DNA of 64,000 bases, from assembly GCA_964252035.1 (NCBI GenBank), contig OZ176200.1. One strand, 5' to 3'. Positions 24,258 through 37,773 of the stretch are shown here, in pieces; position 1 is the stretch's first letter, and each line of letters begins with the position of its first letter. The notes under the pieces were generated by a model, which was given only the letters and a program-made list of their open reading frames with translations, was not told where the DNA came from and did not search any database. The stretch comes from Podarcis erhardii. Its lineage: Eukaryota. The translations under genes were made by a program, and so were the position numbers.

Positions 24258-26936
24258 AACCATCTGTACACTCCCTGCATATGTATACAAACTTTTTATG
24301 TGTGGCCAGGGATCCTAGGCACACATAGTTAGGTAGCTCATTAAAATTAAGTTTTATTTCATTCTGTACCTTAAAACATGCGGAAGTCACCTAGGATTAT
24401 TTTTTTACATGTATAATAATTTTAAATTAGCAGCAATCTTTCATGCACTCTGTCAATGTCAAAAGGAAAAGGACTTCCAGCAAAGATTCATTATTAGGAA
24501 AGCAAAATGATGGACAAATGGCAATATTCTGCCAGGAAGGAAAGAGCAATCAAGAGCTGCCAAATGAGAGAGGGAAAGAACAATCAAATGCAAATTGCAT
24601 CAGGCATATTTTAATCTATTATTGATGCTGCAATTGATTAAAAAGCCAAATTAATCAATTCATTATTTCAGCTCTAATTGCATCCACAGTCAAACCTCAT
24701 TTGAGTAAATTAAAAGGCACACATTGGATGCAGTTTACAAGCTACATTTTCTAGAATAGTCTATGCTGCTGTTCTGGATTATTCATTGCTCTCATTGTCT
24801 TCTTTTCAGAGACCTATGGATTCCCATCCATTGTCAATGGTTATTCAGTAAAAGCAAATTGTGAAAAAAATATATAGATGTTTCCTTTTACATCCTATTC
24901 ATAAACCCTGAGACATCAGTTACTTCACCGGCTTGAGAAGGATATATAAACCAACAGCTAAAGGGAATGCTTTGCCATGGACTAATTGGGATTTTTGTCA
25001 TACTAATTTGCATTTGCTTCATATTTGAAAGCATAAAACGTACTGTATGTTCCTTCAAACTTAAGCTGATGCACACTTACCCAGAAGTCTCACTGATTTT
25101 CTTTTCTTTAGACAACAGTCTTTTTTCATACTTTCTAATATTTGTATTATTCCTTTTTATTTTATATTAAAAAATACAATAAATATCATATTGAAAAAGA
25201 AGTCTCACTTTGTTCAATGCGACTTACTTCCAAGTAAATGTGCACAGAACTGCAGCCTCATAATTATGTTAAAAATAATGCTACAAGTGGATGTAGCATT
25301 AGAACAGGGGTCTGGATCTGGCCAGCAGGCCATCTCCCCTTGCCCACCCCCACCCCCCAGCCAAGTTTGACAGGTGCATCCACCCACCTAATAATCACTA
25401 CATGTCACTTTTCATGTGAAGTGTGCACAACACTTGTCTGCTGCCAACAATCAGCTGGTAGGTGAGAGTGGGGAAGCCCTGTGCACAGGTCTATTTCATT
25501 CATTCTATTTCATTAATCCATCCATTTATTTATTTTAATAATTGGCATACCACTTAACTGCAATAGCCTCTAGGCAGTTTACAGAAATACAAGAGAAGCA
25601 ATACATAATTTGAAACTATAATAAATTTAAAATGCATGCTGGGATAAAAAAAAGTCTGGAGTAGTCACCAGAGGTTCAGCAGGGAGGGGGCCTGTGTGAT
25701 ATTCTGTGCTGTGCTAGGAAGGGATTTCCCCTGTGCCAACAATTAGCTGATCATCGGTGTCTGCAACACACTTTAGTTGGATCAGGGCCACTGCCTCCCT
25801 TGTTCCATGAATCCCAGTGGCTGCCACCCTTCCTTGTACAGGTAATTCAACACAACCATTGCCTCGGTTTTGCATACCAGAAGACCAGGAACTAACCTTT
25901 CTGAGCAAGCACACTTGGCACATCTCTGCTAACTCCCAAAGTGGTTGTGGGTTTGGTTTTTTTAAGATGGATTTTAATATAGACAATTGTCTGTAGACAG
26001 AATATTACAGCCGAGCAGCTGTACTGAAGGGGGAAGGATCTTGCCCTGAGCAGTACTTTGATGGGAAACCACCTGGGAATCCTGTGTAAGCCACTCTGAG
26101 ATGCTTGGAGGAAAAGCGGAGTATAATAAAGTGGAAACATATAATGAAAGACCTGGTGCACTGAACCTGGGTGGCCCTGTTTTTATCGGTTTTGAAGCAA
26201 ATGGATGCCACCCACAGAGAAGATAGTGGATCCTACATCCAAAGCAAACTCCCCCAGCTATGCGGAAGTATAACAGCGTGTAAATAAATAAATAACCAAG
26301 CAGGCTGATAAGGACCTGTGCTAATCTGTTCCTAGGCCTTACAAAATACTGAGAACAACTGTTGAGGGTGTCAGTTTGGTACGGGGGAGAAGGGAAATTG
26401 AGCAAGAAGACTTATTTGGCCTGAGATCTTCTATACATTGTTGGAACTCCTATCAGTCCCAGCTAGCATGACCAATTGTTAGGGATTATTATTAAGATGG
26501 AGTCCAGCATCTGTAGAGCTGCATGTTCCCTGGTCCTGATGCACAGTATCCTGGAGATAGGAATTAGGAAGCTGAGGCTGTGTTCCATGGAGTTCAAAGC
26601 TGCTAACCCGCACTCTGTATGGGAAGTTTCAGGAAGGAAGAAATATTTTATTTTCACACTCTTTGGAAGCTTTACCTTTATGTATCAATAATGTGTTTAG
26701 GTTCAGAGCTGGATGTCAGTGCTGAACCTGAGACCTTTGAGCATTATAAATAGCATGGGAAAAGGTTTCAGGCAGACAGGTTGGGGGGGGGGAAATAGCG
26801 TCTTAAGACTTTTATCTTTTTTCTCTGTCCCTTCCTGCAAGCTCTGAACAGCATTACACATCTTCTCTTCCAGCAGTGGCTGGAAGGACAGAAGCATTCC
26901 TGTCAGTCTGCAGATACAAGGCAACATTTTGTTGTA

Positions 26937-27016
26937 CAGGGTGAGTCCTTTAAAAGAGGCCCCGTGGATACAGAGTACACATGTTCCATGGGGCCTCTTT
27001 TAAAAGACTCACCCTG
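26937..27016. mobile_element. 80-bp minimal Tc1/mariner-type MITE (CAGGGTG termini)
   Basis: 32-bp TIRs with 2 mismatches, 16-bp spacer, TA on both sides. Confidence 0.8.
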
Positions 27017-28060
27017 TATGTTCCATTTCAAGTGTCCTTATTTCAACTTCAGGATTCAGTGTAAATATTTATGAAAGATGAAAAATTGAACTGACTCATT
27101 AAATATTAAGAGAGTTATGTGTTTGGAAAAGAACAAAAACAACAACAACAACACCCAGATACCTGGCCATGTTATCTGTCTTTTGTGGAAAAACCAGTGA
27201 AGTGTCTTCTGGCACCTTAAAGACAAACACATTTCTTATGACGTAAGCCTTTGTGCACTACAGTCCATTTTCATCATATGCATGAAGTTTTATTCTGAGT
27301 TGTAAGTATATATACACTCTTTTGGGGGGAAGGGTATTGTAAAAAGTGAGGTCAGAGGGAAATGAAATGCAGAAAAGTACAGACATTGAAAATTGCATAC
27401 TTAACAGCAATAATTCACAAAACAATTCTTGATGGCACAGACATCCTAGCATTGGTAAGCCAATTAATACATATAATGTGCTAAAAATCCTTTGGCTTGG
27501 TTCAATCCACAAGTGATAGCATTGAAATTCTTGATCTATTGTAATTCAGCAAGTCTCCCTTTGAACTTCATTTGTTCCATGGCTACATAGAGACTGGCCT
27601 GTTTGTCCTATGTTGAATGCCCAAGGGCATCACTGGCTGGTGATGCAGTAAATCACATTGGAAGATGAGCATGTGAATGAACCCTGCATGTTGTGGGTGG
27701 CATTATTAGGTCCTGTAATAGTAATTATGAGGACAAAGTTTGCATATAAGTCTGTCACAGCAGAATCTCTTTCCAAGGAAATGAAGGTGAAAAATCCACT
27801 ACTGTTAGCATACTGCATGGATTATTGTGAGAGATCAACAGAATTTAGTTTTAGGGGGTTTAAAAGACAAAGGATTTTTATCAATTTCCATCATCCCTGG
27901 CCATGCTTGCTAGGGCCGATGAGAGTTCTAGTTCGGAAAGAGCTGGAGGGTCAAAGGTTACCACTCCTGCTCCAGAGCAAGGCGGAAATTAATGTTTTTA
28001 AATATGTGGTTTACTCAAGAGTATGGACTACAAGTCTGAGACCTAATCTCGATCAGATTC

Positions 28061-28279
28061 CAGTTGTACCTCGGAAGTCGAAAAGAATCTGCTCCCAAAG
28101 TCCGTTCAACTTCTGAAACATTCGACTTCCAAAACGCGGCTTCCGAATGGTTGCAGGAAGCTCCTGCAACCAATTGGAAGTTGCAGAAACCCTGTTGGAT
28201 GTTCAGCTTCTGAAAGAACATTAGAAAACTGGAACACTCACTTCTGGTTTTCGATTGTTCGGGAGCAGAGGTACGACTG
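28061..28279. mobile_element. Degenerate Tigger/pogo-like MITE (CAGTTGTACCTC...GAGGTACGACTG|TA)
   Basis: Imperfect TIRs related to family A; central palindrome GGTTGCAGGAAGCTCCTGCAACC. Confidence 0.7.
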
Positions 28280-29208
28280 TAATGAGGTATTTTAATGAGA
28301 TCTAAACAGAGAGATACCTTAATGGGGGCCACTAGCCTTTGTCCGAGTCAGTTATCTGGAGTCTGACTTATTATTTGTTGTTTTTCTGGAACAGATGGAG
28401 CAACATAAACTAAGTGTGGTGACTTTAAAGGCTGCTGCACAAGTTACATTTTAGGTGGCAGTGATAAGCATTTAGGATTACATCCTACTGAGTTCAATAG
28501 AATTTGTTTCAGAGTAATCATGTTTAGGACTGGGCTATATGACTGAAGTTGTATTTTTCCATTCTGAAAACGTAGCATCTATGTTCCAAAATGTGTAATA
28601 CCTATAACATACTGCAGGGAAGTTCCAGTTGCCATCAATGTTCAGCGGCTTGTTTTCCTGATGCAATGTGTGTGCAAAGTCTTTTCGCTTATCACCATGT
28701 AACCAACCAATGGTTCTCACCCATATGTGATTAGGAAAAAATTGTCCAGGGTGTAAGCTCCAGATAGAAATTAGTTCTGGCAAGTTTTATTTTAGAAACT
28801 GGGACTCTATGTGGGCAGTAGCCTTCTTCCACCTAACAAAACAATAGTAATAAATCCAAACCTATACCCTCTGTAATAACGGAAGTTCTAGATTGTTAGG
28901 GTTAGCATAAACAGAAAGTAGACTGGAAAAGGAAAATGTTCCCATGCATGTAATGCAAAACCTTGTCTCAAATGTTGAGTCATAGCTAAACTAGTTTAAG
29001 GGAGGTGGAGAACGCAGCTCCACTTTTCAAGGATCCCAAAGGGCTGTAAAAGGTAGGAACTGAAAACTGGAGGTGGAGTGTTAAAATGGGAGAAGAGGAA
29101 GAGAAAAAGGGTTGTTTAAAAACAAAACAAAAAACCCGGAACCAAATTAGGGGATGAGGGAAAGGAGAAACTTGGCAATAAGAACATGTCTTTTACTGCA
29201 TCAATAAG

Positions 29209-29357
29209 CAGTGGTTTTTTCCTGGGGGGTATGCAGGGGTACACATACCCCTAAATATTTTGTGAATCTAGGTTTGGCCTCATTGAGGGGCAGTATTTCA
29301 ATATGAGTAAGAAAATAAGAGTACCCCTAAACATTTTTTTTTTTTAAAAAAGCACTG
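29209..29357. mobile_element. 149-bp hAT-type MITE with 8-bp TSD
   Basis: TCAATAAG|CAGTGGTTTTTT ... AAAAAAGCACTG|TCAATAAG: perfect 8-bp TSD, about 12-bp TIR. Confidence 0.85.
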
Positions 29358-29413
29358 TCAATAAGGCATCTTTTTAAGCATAGGAAGACACCATGGCCTT
29401 CAGAAAGAGTGAG

Positions 29414-29568
29414 TGGGGAAGGGCTGTAGCTCAGTGATAGAGCACATGCAAAAGATGAAGGTGAGGGAAGATCCCAGCTGGAAACCCCAGAGAGCTGCTG
29501 CCAGTCTGTGTAAACAGCACTGGGGTAGAAAGGCTAATGGCCTGGGTTGGTACAAGGCAGCTTCCTAT
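29414..29568 (+). mobile_element. tRNA-derived squamate SINE, internally deleted
   Basis: GGGGAAGGGCTGTAGCTCAGTGATAGAGCA A-box head; GAGAGCTGCTGCCAGTC and AAGGCAGCTTCCTAT 3' segments. Confidence 0.6.
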
Positions 29569-29679
29569 TTAAGACTTCTGGGTTCTCTTCAGACAAACAT
29601 CTCAGTGCTCTGTTCCTGGAAGCCAACAAACTGGCTGTTTGTGCCCAAGGGAGAAGTGGGGCAGCAGAAAAGGTGAGTC

Positions 29680-31470
29680 GGCTCTTCCAAGAGCGCAGCG
29701 CCAGCGCCAGCAGCCTCGTGAAGGAGTTTCCTCACGGCAGTGCCGAGCCCAGCAAACCACTAAAAAGCAATCTGGGAAGGAGGACGCCCGGGTGAATCAC
29801 TGCTTTCTCCTCTTTTGGCAGGGAAAGAGCCCCACAGCCCTTCGACAGGCTTTGCGAGTGCGACTGTCTGTTCCCTTTTTGCCCCATGGCAGAAAACCCT
29901 CCGCCTCGATATCCCCGGAGTCTCCTCGGTGCCTGCTTGTTGCTTCAGCCTGAGCTGTGCTCAGCGGCTTAAAAGGAAAGAGGAGCGACAGGGCCTGCAC
30001 ACCGCACTGGTTGGAATCCCTGCTCGTGTGAGGGCTGCGCCAGAGTCACGCACTCTCCACATGTGCAGAGGCGCTCCCACTATCCCTCGCCTGTCCCGAC
30101 TGAAACCCGGCTCCTTCGGAAGCTGAGCCCCGGCTGCGGTTATGCGAATATCACCACCCCATTCCCCCACCCCGCCGCTTTAAATGTGGCCAGCTCAGCC
30201 TCTCCTGTTGCTGCTGGGCAGGGCCTCCCTTCATCCCCACGACGACAGCGGGATAATTGGATCAGAAGCTCCCTCCCTCTCGGCCCGAGGCAGGAGGGTG
30301 GAGGGAGCCTTCTTTTTCTTGCCTCGCTCGCTCGCCCGCCCGCCCGCCCGCAGCCCAGGCCTCTTTGCGCGGGAGTCGCGCCGCGCTCCCCTTCGGAGGT
30401 CTCCGGGGGGCTGCGTGGGTCCGCCTACCGCCCGGGAGGCGGGCCGGCCTCCCCCCTCCCCAAACGCTTCGCTGTCCGTCCGGCAGCTTGAAATAGGGGG
30501 AGGGGCGACGGAGCGAACGAGAGCGAGAGTTTGCGCCGCAGGAGAGGAGCGAGAGGCGGATTGATCCGGGCAGGGTGGGCTTGGCGAGGAACGTGCCCAG
30601 CCTTTCCCCCCTCGGACGCTTCGCTGGTTGATCCCGGCGAGCCTCAGGACTCCTCTCCGAGCGGGAGTCTCCGGAGTAGCAACTTGGAGAGGTAAGTCTC
30701 CTAGTAACCTCCTCTCCCTGCGGGCTCTGGACTACTCGCAGCGTCTCCAACAAGAGCCCATTCTTCTTCTAGCAGGGAAAAGGAAGGGAGATTCTTTTTT
30801 GGGTCCCGTTCCCCCCCCCCCGGTTTTGGGAGGGTGGGACCGAGGAGGTAAGTTCCTTTCTTGGAGCTGTTCCCTAGCAAGGAGCCACAGGATCCCTGTT
30901 CCCTTTTTTGCTGCGCTCGACCTCCTGCTCTGCGTCGTGGAAAAGGCGCTCCGAGCCCTTTCGCCTCGCCAGACAGAGAGCGATTGTCCTCGAGGCAGCA
31001 GCTGCGGCAGCTTCGAGAAGGGAACGCAGCAGCGGCTCTCCAGGGAGGCGGGGGGGAGGATAACTGAGTCGTCTTTATTTTCCTCTCAGGACGGCTGGCG
31101 GGCGCCGGGGCTGCTCTCGCCCTCTTTCCACCGTCGTCGTCCTCGCTCCCCTCCTCTTCCTCCTCCCCAGTCAGGGCTGCTGCGCGTGCGGAGGCGGCGG
31201 GGCGCGAGCGCGCTTCGGGTCTCCCGCGTTGCTCTCTGCGGACATTCTTTCCGCTGGATTGCGCGGGGGCAGGTAGGTCGTAGCCTCTGTCCGGGGCGAA
31301 ACTGCCGCTGCCGCACCCACTTCCAAGATCTCTCCGGTGAAGGAGAGTGGGAATGGGGGGCGGGGAGGGTTTCTTATAACGGGTGGGAGGGACAGACGCG
31401 CTCGCCAACTTCTTCAGTTTTAAACATTAGGAACTAAGGATTTGGCGGCGTTCTGAACAGGTTTGTTTCA
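29680..31470 (+). promoter_or_regulatory. CpG island / PACSIN3 promoter and 5' non-coding exons
   Basis: Dense CpG with GC-box runs (CCCGCCCGCCCGCC near 30335-30350). Donors GAG|GTAAGT at 30691/30692 and CAG|GTAGGT at 31272/31273; acceptor tttcctctcag| at 31089/31090; a further donor AAG|GTGAGT at 29672/29673. Confidence 0.7.
30520..30691 (+). other. PACSIN3: Probable non-coding first exon of PACSIN3 (5' boundary approximate)
   Basis: Consensus donor G|GTAAGT at 30692 within the CpG island; the ATG exon at 49483 starts at an acceptor. Confidence 0.55.
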
Positions 31471-34400
31471 TACTTGTGCTCCTCTCCCTCCTCCTCCCCC
31501 CCCCTTTTCCTGTCATCGCCAAGGCCGATAACTTTCGGGTGGGAACCCCTCTGCTAGGGAGCACCCTCGTCTGATTGGTGCGGAACTGGGCTCAGGCGCG
31601 GGAGATAAGATGACAGAGCTCCTTTGTGAAGGAGGATCTGGTGCGAGCTGCTTCCCACCATGAAACTGGAAGCCACAGGCCTTGCAGGGGAGTTTAGCAA
31701 GAGGGGCTGCCAAAGAGAGTAAAACACCACTAGGATCCTTCCCTCCACACTTATCATTCCTCCCCTCCGCCATCTACAACTTGATGTTGGAAGGGCTGGG
31801 TAAAAACGCTTCTGCTTAGCCACCAAAATGAAATTTCCTCCAGCAGGAGATGGCTGAATATTACAGTTCTGGGCCGATTGGAATTTGATTTGTTTAAAAA
31901 GTGGGGTGCCAAATAAGAGTATAACACACAATTGGTGATATCAAACTAAGTCATACTCTGAGTAGAGCCATTTATATTATATTATTGGCTAGCTTATACT
32001 GTAGTCTAAAATTTAGTTGTTTGTAATATATAGATTGGATTTTAAAATTAATTTTGTATTTAAAGCTTTGGGAATTCCGACTGGAAAGAAGGGGTGGGAC
32101 AGTTTCAAGCTGTATAGTTTGTACTCTACAGAATTAAAATGGAAGTAGCAAGCCTTGCCAGCAGAAGGTGAGATGCAAACAGCTGCAGTATTACTGCAGT
32201 TTTGTGCTGGGAGGAAAAAGTGGAAGGGAAGGTCCCCTTGTAGATGCTGAGGATATTATCTCTGTACGGTTGAGTAGCATTTTGTTGATGACTGAGGTAT
32301 GGACATGCAGACACCAGGGGTTGCTCTTTGAACCTGTGTGATCTTGTTACCTGGCTCCACAGATATTTTTATTTTTATTTTGGGTAACTCTGTCCATGAA
32401 GGAAAGAAGCTAATATGCTGTGCTGATATTCTTGTACAGGGAACTTAATACTGGATTTCTGTTGTAGCAAGAGAGAAAAGACCATCTGTGGTTTGTCCTT
32501 TCTTGGTCATGGAAGAGGTCAGAAGCTCCTCAAAGGAAATGTCAGAGGAGCTTTGCAAGCTGTACAAACTGTGAACCAGTATAACAGCTTTCTGTGCCAG
32601 CTAAATTTTCCCTACTTGTTGCACTTAACACGATTTATTTATTTGAAGGGCTGGTCAAAAGGAGGAGGGAGAAAGCCACATGCAGCTTTAAATGTACCCC
32701 TCTGGATTTCTCATACAGCAGATGGCTTCCAAAAATCATAAATACCAGGGACAGTAAAGTCAGCCATGAACCTATTTGCATGGAAATGTGTGAGGTTTTT
32801 ACCGATGGTTAATAATATAACTCTCAAATGCCTCCCATAGTATTAAAGAGTTAAAACCTTGCTTTAAAAGGCGTATGTTCATTCCACTAAACTTTACGTT
32901 GAATAACATTAAGAGGATTTGCAATTATGAAGCAGAGCGTTAAACAAATGCTGGATAGAACTGACTGTTTCTAGGTGTGAGCCGATTGCTAGGTGGAGCA
33001 AGAATGGAATTTCTGCTACTGCATTACAGAGTTAGATGCATTGTGGCTCAGGGGAGGTTTGTTTTGCCACTGGGTCTTCTGACAGTTCTGGCTGTTGAAG
33101 AAACTTAAGGGCTGCTTAAGTGACACACATAGTCGCCAGTTAGGAAGTAGAAATGTGTGAAATGCACCATAACTCTGTTCTGCCATCAGTTTTGGCTATT
33201 TTATTTTTTGAAATAGTCTTTTTCATACAAAATAATCCCTTCATTATGCCAAACACAAGTGAGCCTTGCTGCTTCCCAAACCACTTTGATGTCTGCTAGG
33301 TGTAGGACCCCAGGTACTGTGAGGTATAAGATTGCTCCTCTGTTTCCACCAGCCTGACTTTTACTCTCTGCAGAACCATGTTGCTGCTTGCCCTAAACCC
33401 AGTGTATGGGGGAAACTAGAATAGGCGCACAAACTTTGTGGATTTCAGGACGCTTGCAAAGTTAACTAGTAGTTTGTCTCTGTTCCTTACACCTTAACTG
33501 CAATACTTGTTCAATATAAATTGATGTAATAAACTCACCCTGGAAACAACTGGAATAAGGGAAAATGAGACAAATATACTAGGCTATTTCCAGAGGTACA
33601 AGGTAGCTTTTGGCATGATAAACTGTGATATTCAGTTCTAGGTCAGTCTTTGATGCTTCTTTGCACTGTTAGCATATGTAATCAAGTAACTGAGATCTTA
33701 AAACTTTGCATGTTTGGGGCCTCGTGCTCAAACAGACACCAACCACTGGTTTTATCACTTAGCATCACCCCAGCAGATCTGTAAATCTTTAAAGCAGGCT
33801 GAATACACCATTCTAAAGCAGATCTTTCCTCTTACCCTCCTGTCAGGGGACCTAAAATTTTAGGCCATTTACCAGGTTTAATTGAAATAAGGGTTGAATT
33901 CCTTTATCTTCATATTCCAACTTGAAACATAGTTTGATTAGCTGAAGAAAAACATCCTGGCGGAGGGCACGTTTCACTGCCTTGTATAGCAAATGGGTCA
34001 GTTCCTGACCTGGGAGACCATGGAAGCCCTAGAAGCTCAAAAAGAAGTCATAACATGTATAGCAGCATTTAGGAATGGAGCATGTATGTGTAGTGATGAG
34101 TTTACAAGGTTTAAGATAAAGCGGCATTATCTTTTGCAAGTTACTATGCATGTATTTGTTTATTATTTGTGCTCTGCTCTTCACTGAATGGTCCCAGGGT
34201 GAGTTACAAAAATAACACAATTAAAACAGGGACAAATATATATTAAAACCAGAAAATAAAACAACAAACTAGCCAATGACAAAGTGAACAAAACATCACA
34301 GGATAATAATGCAGGAGGAGGAAAAACACCTCCCCAAAAACACCCTATTTACAGAGGGGTGACCCTCCAACAAGGAGCTTCTTGATGCTGCAATATGCCC

Positions 34401-36738
34401 CTTGTGGGGGGTTGTCATCCCACAACCCGGACATCTTCTGGACCAAAGCTGCCATATTGTGCATTTGTGTGCATTTCATAACTTATGCTGTGCACATACT
34501 TTGTGCACTGGGTACCCCAAGTACGAAAGTAATCAACTGCTTGATCTGTGTGTCAATAGTGAGAAACGTAAGTGTGGCCTGTACTGATTAATATATTTGA
34601 AGGAAACTGTGACTACGGTAATCTATCCTGTTGAAGTACAGTATTGTAAATCTGTTCTGCTTTAGCATTGTAAATGTGTATCCTTATGGCATTCCTCCTC
34701 TCTCTACTGAACTACTTTCCTAAAAGACTTTTTCTCACTGGAGAAGATAAGCTTACCTTATCCATTCCTGCTGAATGGAATGCTCTATTGCCCATTTGGA
34801 ATGGTGGCTTTTGGCTTCAGTGAGTGAGGAGGGAAAATGGGCAAGGGAAGCTGCCCAGGGAAGCCATTGGAATGTTAGTGATAGGAGGGTGGTTCTCTGC
34901 CTTACTGCCACCCAATTATTTTACATGATTTGTGCTGTATTTGTGATGCTCTATTGTTTTATTTTGTTAGTGTTATTTATCATTTGCAAGCCCCTTTGCA
35001 GTTCATTTGAATGAAATGTGGCATAGAAAAATAAGAAATCAAATCAATCAAATCCTGGCCACTACTGGCTACAAAAAAATCACACACATTCAGCATGGTA
35101 GGGTGATGACACTGGACTATTCTACAGGGACACATTTGGCAAGCTAGCATAGCCCATGCTCTCTCAGCTATATTTCCACATTATTATATAGGTATAATAA
35201 TGATACTCTTGTGGGATCACTTTTCTTTGGTATGAAGTAAGAGTTGAAAGATCATGAACTCTGTCTTTATTGCTACATTTTTGCTTTTAGTAGACATATT
35301 AGTGCCTGTTCACAGCCACACAAAAATCCTGAATGATAATAATGTGGGACAGCAGTCACTTCTCCACCAGGAAAGACCAAAAAAGGGTTTAATTAAAATT
35401 GAATCAGGAAGTTCCTTCTCCAGACTTCTCTTTGTTGAACTGAGTAGCTCTGCTTCTTTGACTATCAGTCATTGTTATTATTTCATTCATTGCTTGCAAA
35501 CACTGAAATGTGGGAGCAGACCTGACTAAAGCACCTGACTAAACAAGTGCTTTATTTTTTAACAGGCTAGCTGGGGATTATGGTCCATTTGTGGGGTGCT
35601 GCTTCCCTTGTGAATTGTACCTCAGATGCTCCAGGCTAAACATGTAGTGTAAGATGAACCAAGGCGCTAGCCTCATTCTGCAAATCTGCTGTGATTTTTT
35701 TTCCATTAAAAAAAACTTTTGGGTGCTTTAAATAAAACTGAACTGATCGGTGCTGCCTGTCATTAAAACAACATTCTTCTAGACTTGAACTCAACATGCC
35801 CAAGGCACTAATTGCATTACTTCCAACTTCCTGATGAATTCTAGAGGTAGCCCGCCTAGTATTCTCCATGCTGGGTTTGTTCATACAACACCTGGAGACA
35901 TATTCTTCCTGCATAATAAAAACATTTCTGCATTTAGACAGAGATAGATGTTGGAAGGCAAGAAAACTCAAGCTCTTTCTGGCCAGGATCTGGAATTAAT
36001 ATGTTAGCAACATAATATGATAGTACAGTATTAGTGTATGTCTTCTGTTGAGATGGATATGTATCAGTTGGGTAAAAGCTGAAGTACAAAGTCAGCTATT
36101 GGGAACCATACAGAACAGCAAAGATGTCTTAGGGCAGCAGCTACTACTTTGTTTACAAAGCTTTATAGAGGCTTCAGTAAAATCCACCTTAAAGGTGAAG
36201 GCCTTGCTATAACTATATGGGAAAGCTAAAAACAGTGGTCTGTCCTATGGAACTCAGTTGAATTGTTCATACTGATGTTCTTATTGCCTGCTGCTAACCT
36301 TTAATGCTTGAAAATCCGTAACAACTTTCTGTAGGTATATTTATAATGGTATAAATAACTAGACATGGTAGCTGCTTCATTCAAGAGCAAAATGTTGAGT
36401 TTAATGAGGTGACTAGTGAAGCTATACAGGATTTTCATTCTTCTGTTTGATTCTTAAACTGCATTCTCAGTTGTACGTTGTATGGGTTGAGCTTCGTAGA
36501 TTATCACTTAAAAAACCTATTCTGTTTTCCAAAGACAAGTATTATTGAGATGCTGTATTGTGGGATTCCAGATCCTGAGACTGGATATTCTGTGAAATAC
36601 TTTTCATTTCTTTTTGGGGGACAGAAAATAAAGAATTTCAAATTTAGACTGAACTGGAACAGATAGGCTTGTTGCTTATACGGTTGAGAAGTTTGCTTCT
36701 CAATTGGCTGTACTTCCTTTAAAACCAAGATGAGCACT

Positions 36739-36853
36739 CTGTGGTCCTCCTGAGGATATTGGACTCCTTCCCCCAACATGCCTGACCATGGGCCATGCTG
36801 GCTGGTGGGAGCTGTGGTTCAACATCTGGAGGGCCACAGGTTCCCCATCGCTG
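36739..36853. mobile_element. Palindromic hAT-like MITE fragment; related fragments at about 8323-8425 and 27886-27969
   Basis: Shared CTGTGG.CCTCCAGATGTTG / CAACATCTGGAGGGCCACAG arms and GGCCATGCT.GCT core recur at these positions. Confidence 0.55.
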
Positions 36854-37531
36854 CTGTAAAACAAGGATGGCCAGCTGGTGACCTGTGAGTGACCTCCAGT
36901 CCTGAAATTAACTTTTTTTTCAGGACCCTATTAAATTTCAATCACGATAATAGTAACATATTTTCTAAAGTTTTCCTTTTGAAAAGGAAACAGTTTTCAA
37001 AAGTTGCAAGATGTCATACTGCTATAAATACAAAAGCCAGAGAGAGATGCAGTTCTCGGCCATGTGCGCTATGACTTTGGAGCCCTTACTGTTAGATGAT
37101 GCCAACGATGTTGCAGGACCTGAATATGGATAAAATGTTCGGACTAACCTGCCAAATAAATTTCGGGACCCAGCCCACCATCTGGAGAATATAGTGACTC
37201 AGGACTATAGAAGTTGGCCTTCCCTTCTCTAACCTTTACACTGACATTACATGGGTATGGATTGCTATATCTGGTGTAAAGAAGGGAGAGGTCAGAATAC
37301 TGGCAAGCTGCCCACACCTCTCTCTAGTCATCTGTGTCAGCACTTGCCTCGCCTGATCCACAGCCTTCAAAAGAGGTAGCTGAGCACAGTATTGACCACA
37401 CAATGCCTCCTACGCAGTAGTTTCTAGTCAATTACAGGGCCAGTTTCTGCTTGCTAGTACTGAGCTGTCATATCAATAGACTAGCATAGGATAGGTTTAA
37501 ATCACTGACATCAGAACTACACTAGAAAATA

Positions 37532-37773
37532 CAGTGGTACCTCGGGTTAAGTACTTAATTCATTCCGGAGGTCCGTTCTTAACCTGAAACTGTTCTTCAC
37601 CTAAAGCACCACTTTAGCTAATGGGGCCTCCTGCTGCTGCCACGCCGCCAGAGCACGATTTCTGTTCTCATCCTGAAGCAAAGTTCTTAACCCGAGGTAA
37701 TATTTCTGGGTTAGCGGAGTCTGTAACCTGAAGCTTATGTAACCTGAAGCGTATGTAACCCGAGGTACCACTG
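37532..37773 (+). mobile_element. MITE family A, copy 2 (242 bp)
   Basis: Same TIRs, TA TSD and interior as 14197-14438. Confidence 0.9.

Noticed and set aside
29639-31437. Cluster of long Arg/Pro/Gly/Ala-rich ORFs (up to 269 aa)
   Set aside because: Expected stop-codon depletion in a CpG island; low-complexity translations.
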